Shown in pieces: positions 44,943-54,603 of a stretch of 61,449 bases of DNA. Numbering within the stretch: position 1 is the stretch's first letter; each line of letters starts with the position of its first letter. This DNA is from Thraustochytrium aureum. Its lineage: Eukaryota. The notes below the pieces were generated by a model, which searched no databases, was not told the origin of the DNA, and worked only from the letters and a program-made list of their open reading frames with translations. Location: NCBI GenBank assembly GCA_012862495.1, contig BLSG01000354.1:1-61449 (forward strand). Reading direction: 5' to 3'. The position numbers and the translations under genes are program-made.

Positions 44943-47900
44943 ATGGAAGAAGCCTCGCTGTCGTGGTATCTGCGCGACCCGGATGGAAACGCCCAAGGAC
45001 CCTTTCGGAGCGACCAAATGCGCGAGTGGGTCAAGCTTGGCTATTTGTCGGCTCACGTGACACTGGCGCTGGACCCAAACGGGCCGTATGCCAAGCTCTC
45101 GGCATTCTATCCCGATGCAGAGGCGGCTTTCCAGGCCCCGCCGCTAGAGGTCGTTCCGCAGCCTCTGAACTCGAACCGCACAGACGAAGGGCTTGGCGGC
45201 GCTGACTGGTATTTTAAGGACCGTCACGGCGCGATCCAAGGACCTTTTTCAATCCAGCAAGTTGGCGAGTGGGTTAGATCGGGCGTGATCGGGCGCGACA
45301 CGCTCGTCCGCGAGGGCGCCGGCCCTCACGCCACATTCAAGGCGCTTCGCGAGACTGAAGCGCAGGGCTTGTTATCGCAGATGCGACACAGGAGCGCAGA
45401 GACGCGTGGGGCGGCCGCCGGCGTGCACGGCGCTTCGTTCGGTAGCTCTCCGCGGTACGGGACTGGCGGGGTGCCCAGCTTTTCGTTCGGGACGGGGGTC
45501 CAGCTGCTTTCTCGCGGCGCGAACAAGGCAAAACAAGCAGGGGCCGGCAAGCAAAACCGTTCCAAGTCCAAACTGTTCTCGCGCGTGTCCAAGCATCGGC
45601 GCTCGCACTCTGCAGGGAGCAGCTTGGACATGCGCAACCTGGTGCTCGACGACTCTAGCCTGCTTGGGCCAGGCCACGTCGCTGCGCTCGCGTACGAGGG
45701 CCTGCCAAGTCGTTCGCCGTCGAATGCTGCCCTGGCGGAAGCTGCTGCGGCTGGGATCCCGGCTGCGGCTGGCGTGGCAAGCGCGTCGCGAAGCTCGGGC
45801 AGCAGCAAATTCCCCAGTGGGAAGAAACTCCTGTCCGTAGTCACAACCCCCAAATACCACGGCATCAACCTATCCAAGTATGGCAAGTCGAACAGCGCAG
45901 GAGCAGGCGCTCCCGCAGCCGGGCAAGGGGCGCCCAACGACTCGGGGTCGAACGCTGCCGTAGCAAGGGCCGGCGCCGAGGCGTTCGGGCCGGCTGCTCC
46001 AGGGCCGTTTGACGCAATCGCGCCGGACAACCTGGGCAGNNNNNNNNNNNNNNNNNNNNNNNNNNNNNNNNNNNNNNNNNNNNNNNNNNNNNNNNNNNNN
46101 NNNNNNNNNNNNNNNNNNNNNNNNNNNNNNNNNNNNNNNNNNNNNNNNNNNNNNNNNNNNNNNNNNNNNNNNNNNNNNNNNNNNNNNNNNNNNNNNNNNN
46201 NNNNNNNNNNNNNNNNNNNNNNNNNNNNNNNNNNNNNNNNNNNNNNNNNNNNNNNNNNNNNNNNNNNNNNNNNNNNNNNNNNNNNNNNNNNNNNNNNNNN
46301 NNNNNNNNNNNNNNNNNNNNNNNNNNNNNNNNNNNNNNNNNNNNNNNNNNNNNNNNNNNNNNNNNNNNNNNNNNNNNNNNNNNNNNNNNNNNNNNNNNNN
46401 NNNNNNNNNNNNNNNNNNNNNNNNNNNNNNNNNNNNNNNNNNNNNNNNNNNNNNNNNNNNNNNNNNNNNNNNNNNNNNNNNNNNNNNNNNNNNNNNNNNN
46501 NNNNNNNNNNNNNNNNNNNNNNNNNNNNNNNNNNNNNNNNNNNNNNNNNNNNNNNNNNNNNNNNNNNNNNNCTCGTTACGGACCAGTTTCACTCGATGCT
46601 GAGCTCTTTTCGGAGCCAGCGGCACCTGAGCGGCGCAAGCGCGCCGGCATCGAGTGGCTCTTCGACCGGTCGCGACCCAGAGTCGCTGCGCAACCAGGTC
46701 GCCGAGCTCCAGGACGAGAACAGCCAGCTGCGGGCGTACATTCAGCAGCTTCAGGCCCATGTCGCCGACAAGGCCCCGGCTGCGCTCTCAACCATGCCCG
46801 AGTTGGTCCTCGCCGGACGCGGTTTTCATCAGCAAGGGACGGCGAGCGCTGCAGCTGCGGCGATGGCCTCGAGCGAGGGCGACTTTGGCAGTGGCCGCGC
46901 TGCCAGGTCGGGGAGCGGGGTCGGCAGCGTGTTTAGTGGCGAAGAGGAGGGCGACGGCACTCCGGGCGGCGGGCGCGGTGCTGGTTCCTCCGCGAGTACC
47001 TTGCAGGTGCAAGTGAACGCTGCTCCGAGCGGCTCGGGCGGGGCTCCCGCAAGTCCAACGAGCGGGCCGAGCCGAGCGGAGGAGGAGCTCTGGGAGCGAT
47101 TTGTTGTGGTCGAGTTTGACGAAGACTCGCCCATGCTGCGCCGCAAGATGAGCGCATTTGAGGAGGGCACGGACGAGCTCCGGGGCGAGCTCAAGGAGGT
47201 GATAAAGTCTTCGTTCGCGTACCTTGAGGCCTGCGCTGAGGAGCTGGACGCCTCGGTAGGCTTTGCCGAGGACCTCGCCCACCCGGAGGTTCGCAAACTG
47301 ACTCCGCTGATGCCAATGCTTCACGAGATGCTCAAGCAGGCCGCCGACATGAAAGGGCTCGTGCTTGGCTCGCTACAAAGCAATGTGATTCAGAGCTTTG
47401 AGGAGTTTCTCAAGACTGAGGTCAAGCAGGCGCAGATCCTGCGGCGCGAGCTTCAACGAGCGCGAGAAGTCTTCGAGACGCTCGAGGCAAAATACATGCA
47501 CCACAGGCGCACCAAAGCGCGCACCGGGGTCATTGGCAACGTTGGGCGGGCGCACGACGCCGTGGAAGATCAAATGTTTGCAGAGCTGCAAGGCGCCAAG
47601 GCGCGCTTCGAGCTGGCGCGATTTGGACTGATCCAGCAAATCAACCAGCTCGAGTCGAAGAAGCGCTTTGTGCTGGGCGGGCGCATTGTGTCCTGCATTC
47701 GAGACTTTTTGGCCTACTACCGGCGGGGCTACCACATGATGGCCGAATATGCTGGCCTGCTGGAGGCCGCCCGAGCCGATCTCTCAGGCGCCAAGGACCA
47801 GCTCGGACACATTGTCGACAAGTGGAACGAGAAGCGCATGCAGCTCGAGTCGCAGCTGCACAGCGGCGCCTTTCCGTTCATGAGCAAGGAGCGGCGCAAG

Positions 47901-49253
47901 TTGCACGAAGGCCCCAGGGAGAAGGTCACGGTGCAGTCGAGCACGAGCCGTGCGAGCCGCGACCCCCTGATCATCCACGAGGGCTACCTGTACAAGCGCA
48001 GCTCGAGCGTGCGCAAGGACTGGAAGCGGCGCTGGTTTGTCCTGCGCGGCGACAAGCTGCTCTACTTTCGCGGCTGGAAAGACCCCACGCCGCAGCCCGT
48101 GGTCGACATTTTGCTTTGCACGGTCCGCGAAGTCAAGACCCCGGAGCTGCGCTGCTGCTTTGAAATCATCTCCCCCAACAAGCGGGCGTATCTCTTGCAA
48201 GCGATAAACGCGTTCGAGATGCGGATGTGGATGGACGCGATTCGCAAGGCGATCGAGAGCACCTTGGTCAAGCAGCAGCAGCGCCCGTCGCTGAGCCGGT
48301 CGTCTGGGCTGGCCGACCCGGAGGTGGCGCTTCTCTTGTCTCTCAATCCAAGCTGTGCCGACTGTGGAGCCCCGGACGCGGACTGGGTGTCGCTCAACAT
48401 GGGCGTCGTTGTCTGCATCGCCTGCTCGGGGATTCATCGCTCCCTCGGCGTGCACATCTCGAAGGTGCGCTCCGTGGCGCTAGACTCGCTGCCGCGCTCG
48501 CAGTTGCAGCTCTTGCGGCGGCTCGGCAACGCGACCGCCAACAGCTTGCTGGAGGCCACACCTGCGGCCGCCGAGGCCAAGCCCGACCAAGATGCGCCGC
48601 GCGAGCGCCGCGAGCAATTCATCGTGCAAAAGTACCGCGACAAAGCTTTCGTCGACCCGAGCACCTCGCAAAAGCTGACCGCGCAGCGCGCTGTGCAGGC
48701 CGTGGCCGAGAATGACATTGAGCGCCTACTCGAGTTTATCGTGAATGGTTTCGCCCTCGAGTTCACCGTGCCTTTCGAGCCCTGCGACTTGCCTGAGGGT
48801 TCGACTCTGATGCATATCGGAGCGGCGCTCGGGCACACGGACTGTCTCGAGCTGCTGTTCCTCAACGGGGCAGCGCTCTCGCCAATCAATTCGGAGGGCG
48901 AGACGCCCTTGCAGGTCGCGAAGCGGGTCGAGCAAACGGCGGCCGTCGCGGTCCTTGAGCGTTACGTCTCCGGCTCGCTCGGGCCGTTGACGAGCCCGAG
49001 CGGCGAGTCTTCGCGCCAGGAGCCAGTGTCGCCAGCCGGGGACTTGTCGCCTCGGCAATCGAGTGTGGCGCATCGCAGACACAGCGGCTCGGCGCCGGCC
49101 TCGCCACTCAACGAGAATTTTGGTTCGGGTGTGCTTGGGGGGACGGCCAACACAGCCGATTCCTTGTCAAGCTCTGCGAGCATCGGCTCGCCCGTGAGCC
49201 GAGCCTCGTCCGGCAACGACGGCGCAAGCGCGGGCGCTGACGACGCGAGCTGA
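44943..49253 (+). CDS. ACAP/centaurin-beta-type ArfGAP (BAR-PH-ArfGAP-ANK) with two N-terminal GYF domains; internal gap 46040-46571
   Basis: GYF WYLRDPDGNAQGPF..MREWVKLGYL and WYFKDRHGAIQGPFS..W; BAR start DSPMLR; PH HEGYLYKRSSSVRKDWKRRWFVL; ArfGAP CADC..WVSLN..CIACSGIHRSLGVHISKVRS; ankyrin STLMHIGA..GETPLQVA. Confidence 0.9.
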   Translation: MEEASLSWYLRDPDGNAQGPFRSDQMREWVKLGYLSAHVTLALDPNGPYAKLSAFYPDAEAAFQAPPLEVVPQPLNSNRTDEGLGGADWYFKDRHGAIQGPFSIQQVGEWVRSGVIGRDTLVREGAGPHATFKALRETEAQGLLSQMRHRSAETRGAAAGVHGASFGSSPRYGTGGVPSFSFGTGVQLLSRGANKAKQAGAGKQNRSKSKLFSRVSKHRRSHSAGSSLDMRNLVLDDSSLLGPGHVAALAYEGLPSRSPSNAALAEAAAAGIPAAAGVASASRSSGSSKFPSGKKLLSVVTTPKYHGINLSKYGKSNSAGAGAPAAGQGAPNDSGSNAAVARAGAEAFGPAAPGPFDAIAPDNLGXXXXXXXXXXXXXXXXXXXXXXXXXXXXXXXXXXXXXXXXXXXXXXXXXXXXXXXXXXXXXXXXXXXXXXXXXXXXXXXXXXXXXXXXXXXXXXXXXXXXXXXXXXXXXXXXXXXXXXXXXXXXXXXXXXXXXXXXXXXXXXXXXXXXXXXXXXXXXXXXXXXXXXXXXXXXXXXXXXLVTDQFHSMLSSFRSQRHLSGASAPASSGSSTGRDPESLRNQVAELQDENSQLRAYIQQLQAHVADKAPAALSTMPELVLAGRGFHQQGTASAAAAAMASSEGDFGSGRAARSGSGVGSVFSGEEEGDGTPGGGRGAGSSASTLQVQVNAAPSGSGGAPASPTSGPSRAEEELWERFVVVEFDEDSPMLRRKMSAFEEGTDELRGELKEVIKSSFAYLEACAEELDASVGFAEDLAHPEVRKLTPLMPMLHEMLKQAADMKGLVLGSLQSNVIQSFEEFLKTEVKQAQILRRELQRAREVFETLEAKYMHHRRTKARTGVIGNVGRAHDAVEDQMFAELQGAKARFELARFGLIQQINQLESKKRFVLGGRIVSCIRDFLAYYRRGYHMMAEYAGLLEAARADLSGAKDQLGHIVDKWNEKRMQLESQLHSGAFPFMSKERRKLHEGPREKVTVQSSTSRASRDPLIIHEGYLYKRSSSVRKDWKRRWFVLRGDKLLYFRGWKDPTPQPVVDILLCTVREVKTPELRCCFEIISPNKRAYLLQAINAFEMRMWMDAIRKAIESTLVKQQQRPSLSRSSGLADPEVALLLSLNPSCADCGAPDADWVSLNMGVVVCIACSGIHRSLGVHISKVRSVALDSLPRSQLQLLRRLGNATANSLLEATPAAAEAKPDQDAPRERREQFIVQKYRDKAFVDPSTSQKLTAQRAVQAVAENDIERLLEFIVNGFALEFTVPFEPCDLPEGSTLMHIGAALGHTDCLELLFLNGAALSPINSEGETPLQVAKRVEQTAAVAVLERYVSGSLGPLTSPSGESSRQEPVSPAGDLSPRQSSVAHRRHSGSAPASPLNENFGSGVLGGTANTADSLSSSASIGSPVSRASSGNDGASAGADDAS

Positions 49254-49821
49254 CCGGAACACCGTCGGCGAAGCAGCGCTTCGCCTCCGCGACTAACAGT
49301 AAGCAAGCCATTGCGTTGTTACCTCTAGCTACTAGCTACAGTACGCTCGTGGGGCGCTGCGGCCCTCTGCTTGCCTGCGTGCATCAACAGGATGCGGTGG
49401 GCCACCCGTGGCAGATGATGTCGTTCTTCTTGCAATACTCCTCTGCAAAGTATCTACTTCAGCTGGTACTTCGGCTGGTGGTCGACCACGTTGCAAAGGC
49501 ACGCGCCCAATTCCAGACCGTCGCAGAGCCCAATTGAAGGCTCGGGAGGGAAGCAAGCGCAACCCGCGCCCGAGCGCCCGAGCGCCGGACGACCCGCTGA
49601 CTCGGGCTGGCTGGCGGCTCTGCGCGGTCCTGCCGGACTGCCAATTCGCGCACAAGGGGCGCATGACGAGTGGATGCTCGGCNNNNNNNNNNNNNNNNNN
49701 NNNNNNNNNNNNNNNNNNNNNNNNNNNNNNNNNNNNNNNNNNNNNNNNNNNNNNNNNNNNNNNNNNNNNNNNNNNNNNNNNNNNNNNNNNNNNNNNNNNN
49801 NNNNNNNNNNNNNNNNNNGCA

Positions 49822-50919
49822 ATGCTCTGTGCAGTCTTTGGTCTGTTCGCAGTGCTCTTGGTTGTCTCGCACAGCAAGTTGGACGACGTTTTCTGGGACC
49901 TTCGACTGCGCGCAGCTGCCGTAGAGCCGTGGCGACGAACAGGGGCCGCGAGACTCCGCGGGGTTGGGGCTAACGCGCGCCTTGCGCGAGCCATCACAAT
50001 CCCAATCGAGGCACCCGGGCAGACGCGTGGGCTGGATTGCAGCGAAGCCCTTGCGAGGCTCGAGCGTGACGTCTTGGAGCGCGGCATCCCAGACGTCGCA
50101 AAGCTCCCCGATCCCGGAAGAGTGGTGATAATGACTATCGTCGGCGCGTGGGACAAGGTGGCTGACATTGTGCGGGACTCTCGTGAGGCGTACGCAGCGC
50201 GGCACGGGTACAGGTACGTGCAGATCACGTCCTCCCTTCAAGGCTCTGTGCCGCACGTTTCGGACGGTTTTTTCCGACCGCGCCGCGGCTGGGACCGGCG
50301 CAACTTTGCCTGGGGCAAGGTGTTTGCTTTGCTCGATATGTTTGAGCAGCACCCGGAGGTTTCACATGCGTTCTGGATTGACGCCGACATGGTTTTCGTG
50401 AATCACGACGCGAGCCTGGACGTGTTTCTCGCCTTGGGCAAATCGTTCGTGGTCAGCGGAGACGAGCGCGGTATCAATACGGGCGCCTTCTTGCTTCAAA
50501 ACTCGCTGTGGTCGCGCCAGATGCTCGAGCACGCGCTCCATGTCAACTATCCGCCTGCGCCGCAGATTGCGCCAGGCGTTTGGGAGCAACCGGCGCTCGT
50601 GGTGGCCGCTGTGTTGGACCCTTGGTCCGACGACCTGAAGAGCTACACTGGGGTGTTTTGGCCCTTCAAGGCGAAGGCGCAGACGCAAGCGCAGGTGGAC
50701 CAGGTTTCGAGCAAGCTCAAGCCCGCGGCTGCCGCGCACGTGCACTTTCTTCCGCAGTGCGTCTTCGGGGCGCGCGAGGGGCAGCACCGCGAAGGTATGC
50801 TCGCCATTCACTTTGCGGGAACAAGCGTGCAACACAAGCTTGAGGCCATCGTCCAGTACTCTTCGCAGGCGCTCCGGCCGCGCTCAGCGGCCCTCGTGCG
50901 CAAGATCGCTGAAACTTGA
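49822..50919 (+). CDS. GT34-family glycosyltransferase (GMA12/MNN10-like), type II membrane protein; start may lie in the gap
   Basis: N-terminal TM; YAARHGY; WGKV; FWIDAD (DxD); INTGAFLLQNS.WS; WEQ.AL; HFAG. Confidence 0.85.
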   Translation: MLCAVFGLFAVLLVVSHSKLDDVFWDLRLRAAAVEPWRRTGAARLRGVGANARLARAITIPIEAPGQTRGLDCSEALARLERDVLERGIPDVAKLPDPGRVVIMTIVGAWDKVADIVRDSREAYAARHGYRYVQITSSLQGSVPHVSDGFFRPRRGWDRRNFAWGKVFALLDMFEQHPEVSHAFWIDADMVFVNHDASLDVFLALGKSFVVSGDERGINTGAFLLQNSLWSRQMLEHALHVNYPPAPQIAPGVWEQPALVVAAVLDPWSDDLKSYTGVFWPFKAKAQTQAQVDQVSSKLKPAAAAHVHFLPQCVFGAREGQHREGMLAIHFAGTSVQHKLEAIVQYSSQALRPRSAALVRKIAET

Positions 50920-51952
50920 TCCCTACCGAGCCTTTCAGACATCATGAGAGTGCCTGACGCCCACGTGGGGTCTTCCGCGTCGAGCTGTCTCCTTGGCTCT
51001 CGATTTGGCCGAGCAGCTCGACGACGATGACCAAGTCTCGAGAGTTCAACGAGTGCCTACCTCGAGAAGATCTTGAGCGCGCTGTTGCGGCGTCGACGGC
51101 GAAGAAGTCGACGAGTTTCAGCAGGTAGGTACCTCCTTCGACAAGACCGTCAACGCGCCGTTGCGGCGACAGCGCCAACGCTGCCACTCGCCACAAATTG
51201 CAGCTGGTCAGAAGCTTGCTCGTCCGGTGTGTCCGGTGCTAGGATAAGCAAGGACTCGGGATGCCTTGGTCAGTTCAAGCATGGAGAAGCGAAACGGGAG
51301 CGAATCCGCGGCCCCAACGTTGGGCCAGTCGCTCGCTGCGTCGCGTCGGGCCATTCCTCGAGAGAGGGTAAGGCACTTGTTGTGCTCGAGTCGGGGTCGC
51401 TCTTACACTCGTGCTCGAGCGCTCCACACGCAGGCCGAAAAGCTCGCCGCAGGACGACTCGGACTCGTGTTGTTGGTTGACTGATTCTCAGAACGCGCTT
51501 ACTTTTGGTAGAGTAGCATACTTACTTGGTTGTTGGGCAGAACAGAGAGTAGCTCGTAAAAGTGTAGAAAAAGCGTGCCTCCAGATTGAGCGATGCGCAT
51601 CGTGCAGGTTTCGCTCACGCGAGCGACGCCCTCTCAACACGGTCCGTGCAAGTGAGGGTTCGGTTTGGTAGACTTGGGCGTCAGATTTTCTAGGAGAAGC
51701 ATGCGGGCGCGACGTGGGCCTCGGACAAGTCGCAGTCATCGCATCGGGATGTCCGAGTTGCTGTAAGGTTTGAGTGAGCACTTTGACTCGAGGACGAGGT
51801 AGGGTCGCACTCGCCCGTTGCTTTTGTTTCGCGTCGCGGCGCGCGCGTTCTTTCGATCACAGGTTGGAAAGCAATCCAGGCGAACGAGTACTTGCACTGG
51901 CCGCCCTTTTGCGGATGGGGCGAGGCGGGCAGACCCCCAACGCCAAGCCACC

Positions 51953-53324
51953 ATGGTCTTGTCCATCTTGCTCTTCAGCGCGTACACCGTCGCGATCTAC
52001 GCAAAGCTCTGCTTTGAGGCCCTTGTCGATTGGGTCGCGGGGCGGGACCTGTCCTCGTTTCGCGCTTTCCATGTGAGCGCTTTTTTCACGGACGCCATCC
52101 GATTCGTCTGGCGATGGTCGCCAGACAAACACACCGCGGACATGCTTCGGCTCGCGCCCAACACGTACGTCACGAACAGCACGGCAGCGTTTTGCGACTT
52201 GCACAGGCAGAGCGAAAAACTCAACAAGGACTATCTGCTGCCCGGCAGACTAGACCACTATTTGAAGCGCAGCATCCTCTTTGCCAAAAACGAAACCACA
52301 AAGTCGTGGAAGGTCGCGCATGCCGTTCTGGGATTCATGCGAGGCGCCAACATCGTCGAGGCAGCCCTCAACTGTGGGCGCGAGAGCATGCTCGCCATTG
52401 ATATGCCAGAGGTCGGCCCAGAGGACAACTTTTACAGCAAGCTCCTCGTCCACTGCATCCGCGTGCACGAGCGGGCGCTCTACGGGCTTGACATCGGCGA
52501 GGAGGCCGCGGCCGACATTCTCAAGATGACATGGCTCTATACGCAGCTAGATCGTGCTGGCATCGCGCCGGGCCGTTCGGCGGCCGCGGAAGCCAGCATG
52601 GACGACTGCATAAAAAAATACAGCCGCCTCCAGCGCCAGATCCTCCGCGACGCCAGCGCCGGCAAGTTCGACAACACGACAGGCACGCTAAACGTCGGCA
52701 AGGCCTTGGGACTCGCAATTGAGTCGGGCAAGATCGATCGCACTTCGGCGCAGGACAACATCTCGCTGGCGATGTTTGCGCTGGCGCCATGGCATGTACT
52801 CTTCTGGGCGCTCTACAGCATTTTGCGTCACCCGCGCAGCGAGGACATCATGTCGGCGATTCGCGCGGGCGACCACAGCATGAAGCGCGCGGTCCTCGCC
52901 GAGACCCATCGTCTGTACCCACCCGTGCCTATTCTTGGGAGAGCGACTGCCGCGCATTCTGTGTTCATTGCCGGCGTCCGCTACCCGAAGGGCACGGTTT
53001 TCTACTCTGCGCCGTTCCATCTTCACAGGCACACCCACGCCGACCTGCGAGTAGGGGACACCCGCTCCCGTTCGACCCGTACAGGCCGGGCGGCCGGCCT
53101 GGGGCGCTATGCGGACACTCTCGTTTGGCCGTGGAGCGCGGGCTTGCTTGGCACAGAACGTAGCGCAGGGCCTCAGTGAGGCGTCGTTGACGACGTTTCT
53201 GGACAAGTACCACATCGAAGCTGAGATGCCGCTCCCAGAGCTCCACCCATGTCTCATCACATTCACGGCGCCGCGGGACGAAGTCGTCAAAGGCGTGCGC
53301 GTCAAGAAGCTCCGTAGCTCTTGA
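51953..53324 (+). CDS. Cytochrome P450 with an atypical I-helix; two apparent frameshifts between about 53040 and 53110
   Basis: N-terminal anchor; ExxR (ETHRLYPPVP); LHR; PERF-like FDPYR in a second frame; heme signature FGRGARACLA in a third frame ending at TGA 53322-53324. Confidence 0.85.
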
Positions 53325-54603
53325 CGTGCCTGCGCGAGAGTGTAGATAGCTTTTCGCGGGTACTCGGGACTGATCCCCATGCGTGTCTTGTCAATTTGGG
53401 ACAGGTTGACCTCAGGCTGACGTGGCAAAGAGCAGTCCCCAGCCTGCGTTTTCGAGGGCGGCAAGCACGAGCCATGAGCATCCGACGCGAATTTACGTTC
53501 CGCGAGGGTCGCACTCGCCAATGAGTCGCCATGTCATCCATCCAGATGTCCGTCCAATCAAATTCAGAACAGATGGATCATCACATTATGTCCGTCCACC
53601 ATCAGCAATAGTTTCGCCAACCGCCAGCTGGTGTGAAAGTCTCGCAGCTGAAGAAATTGTACCACTCAATCAACAGGCGGAACAGTCCTCGGGAAGTGTG
53701 AGCGCGGGCGGCGTCCGTCGAGCTGGCCTCTCCTTCCACATCAACTGGCAGGCTGGGCTTGCGGGGTTTTACGTGCTCGCCCACTGCTGCTCGTGGCCGG
53801 CCTCTCGGGAATGAAATGCACGCTTGGTGTCACGTGACGTTGACTCTTGTTCGACTGGCCAGCGCTGGCTGGCAGCTGGCTCCACGTCGCCCGCCCGCCC
53901 TCGACCGCCGGGTGGGGAGGGATGGATGGATGGAGGATCCATTCACTGATTGATTGATTGTACTCTTACTCTACTCCACCTTACTACTTACCCTACTCAT
54001 GATTCTCCTTGTGGCCAGCGCTCGGCTCGGAAACGGAGTCTGGCGTGAGCCCGCACGCAGGCACGCAGGCGCGCAGGCACGCAGGTAACATGCAGTACCC
54101 CTACTGGCAAGCAAGATGCAAGCAAGCCAGGCAAGATGTTGAGCTTGAAGGCAGTCCATCTCCACGCAAGTCAAGAGCGAGCATGCGTCTGTTCGCCCTC
54201 AGACGCACAGTGAGGGCGGGCGGCCCCGTGAGAGGCGCGGCATGAAAGGAAGGAAGCCCATCAGGACAGGGNNNNNNNNNNNNNNNNNNNNNNNNNNNNN
54301 NNNNNNNNNNNNNNNNNNNNNNNNNNNNNNNNNNNNNNNNNNNNNNNNNNNNNNNNNNNNNNNNNNNNNNNNNNNNNNNNNNNNNNNNNNNNNNNNNNNN
54401 NNNNNNNNNNNNNNNNNNNNNNNNNNNNNNNNNNNNNNNNNNNNNNNNNNNNNNNNNNNNNNNNNNNNNNNNNNNNNNNNNNNNNNNNNNNNNNNNNNNN
54501 NNNNNNNNNNNNNNNNNNNNNNNNNNNNNNNNNNNNNNNNNNNNNNNNNNNNNNNNNNNNNNNNNNNNNNNNNNNNNNNNNNNNNNNNNNNNNNNNNNNN
54601 NCG

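Noticed and set aside
50940..51480. Possible pseudogene fragment (LALDLAEQLDDDDQV.. / GVDGEEVDEFQQV..)
   Set aside because: The fragments switch frames and match nothing I recognise.
49822..53324. GT34 + P450 as a biosynthetic gene cluster
   Set aside because: Only two adjacent enzymes, no scaffold-forming enzyme, and GT34 enzymes are Golgi glycan transferases.
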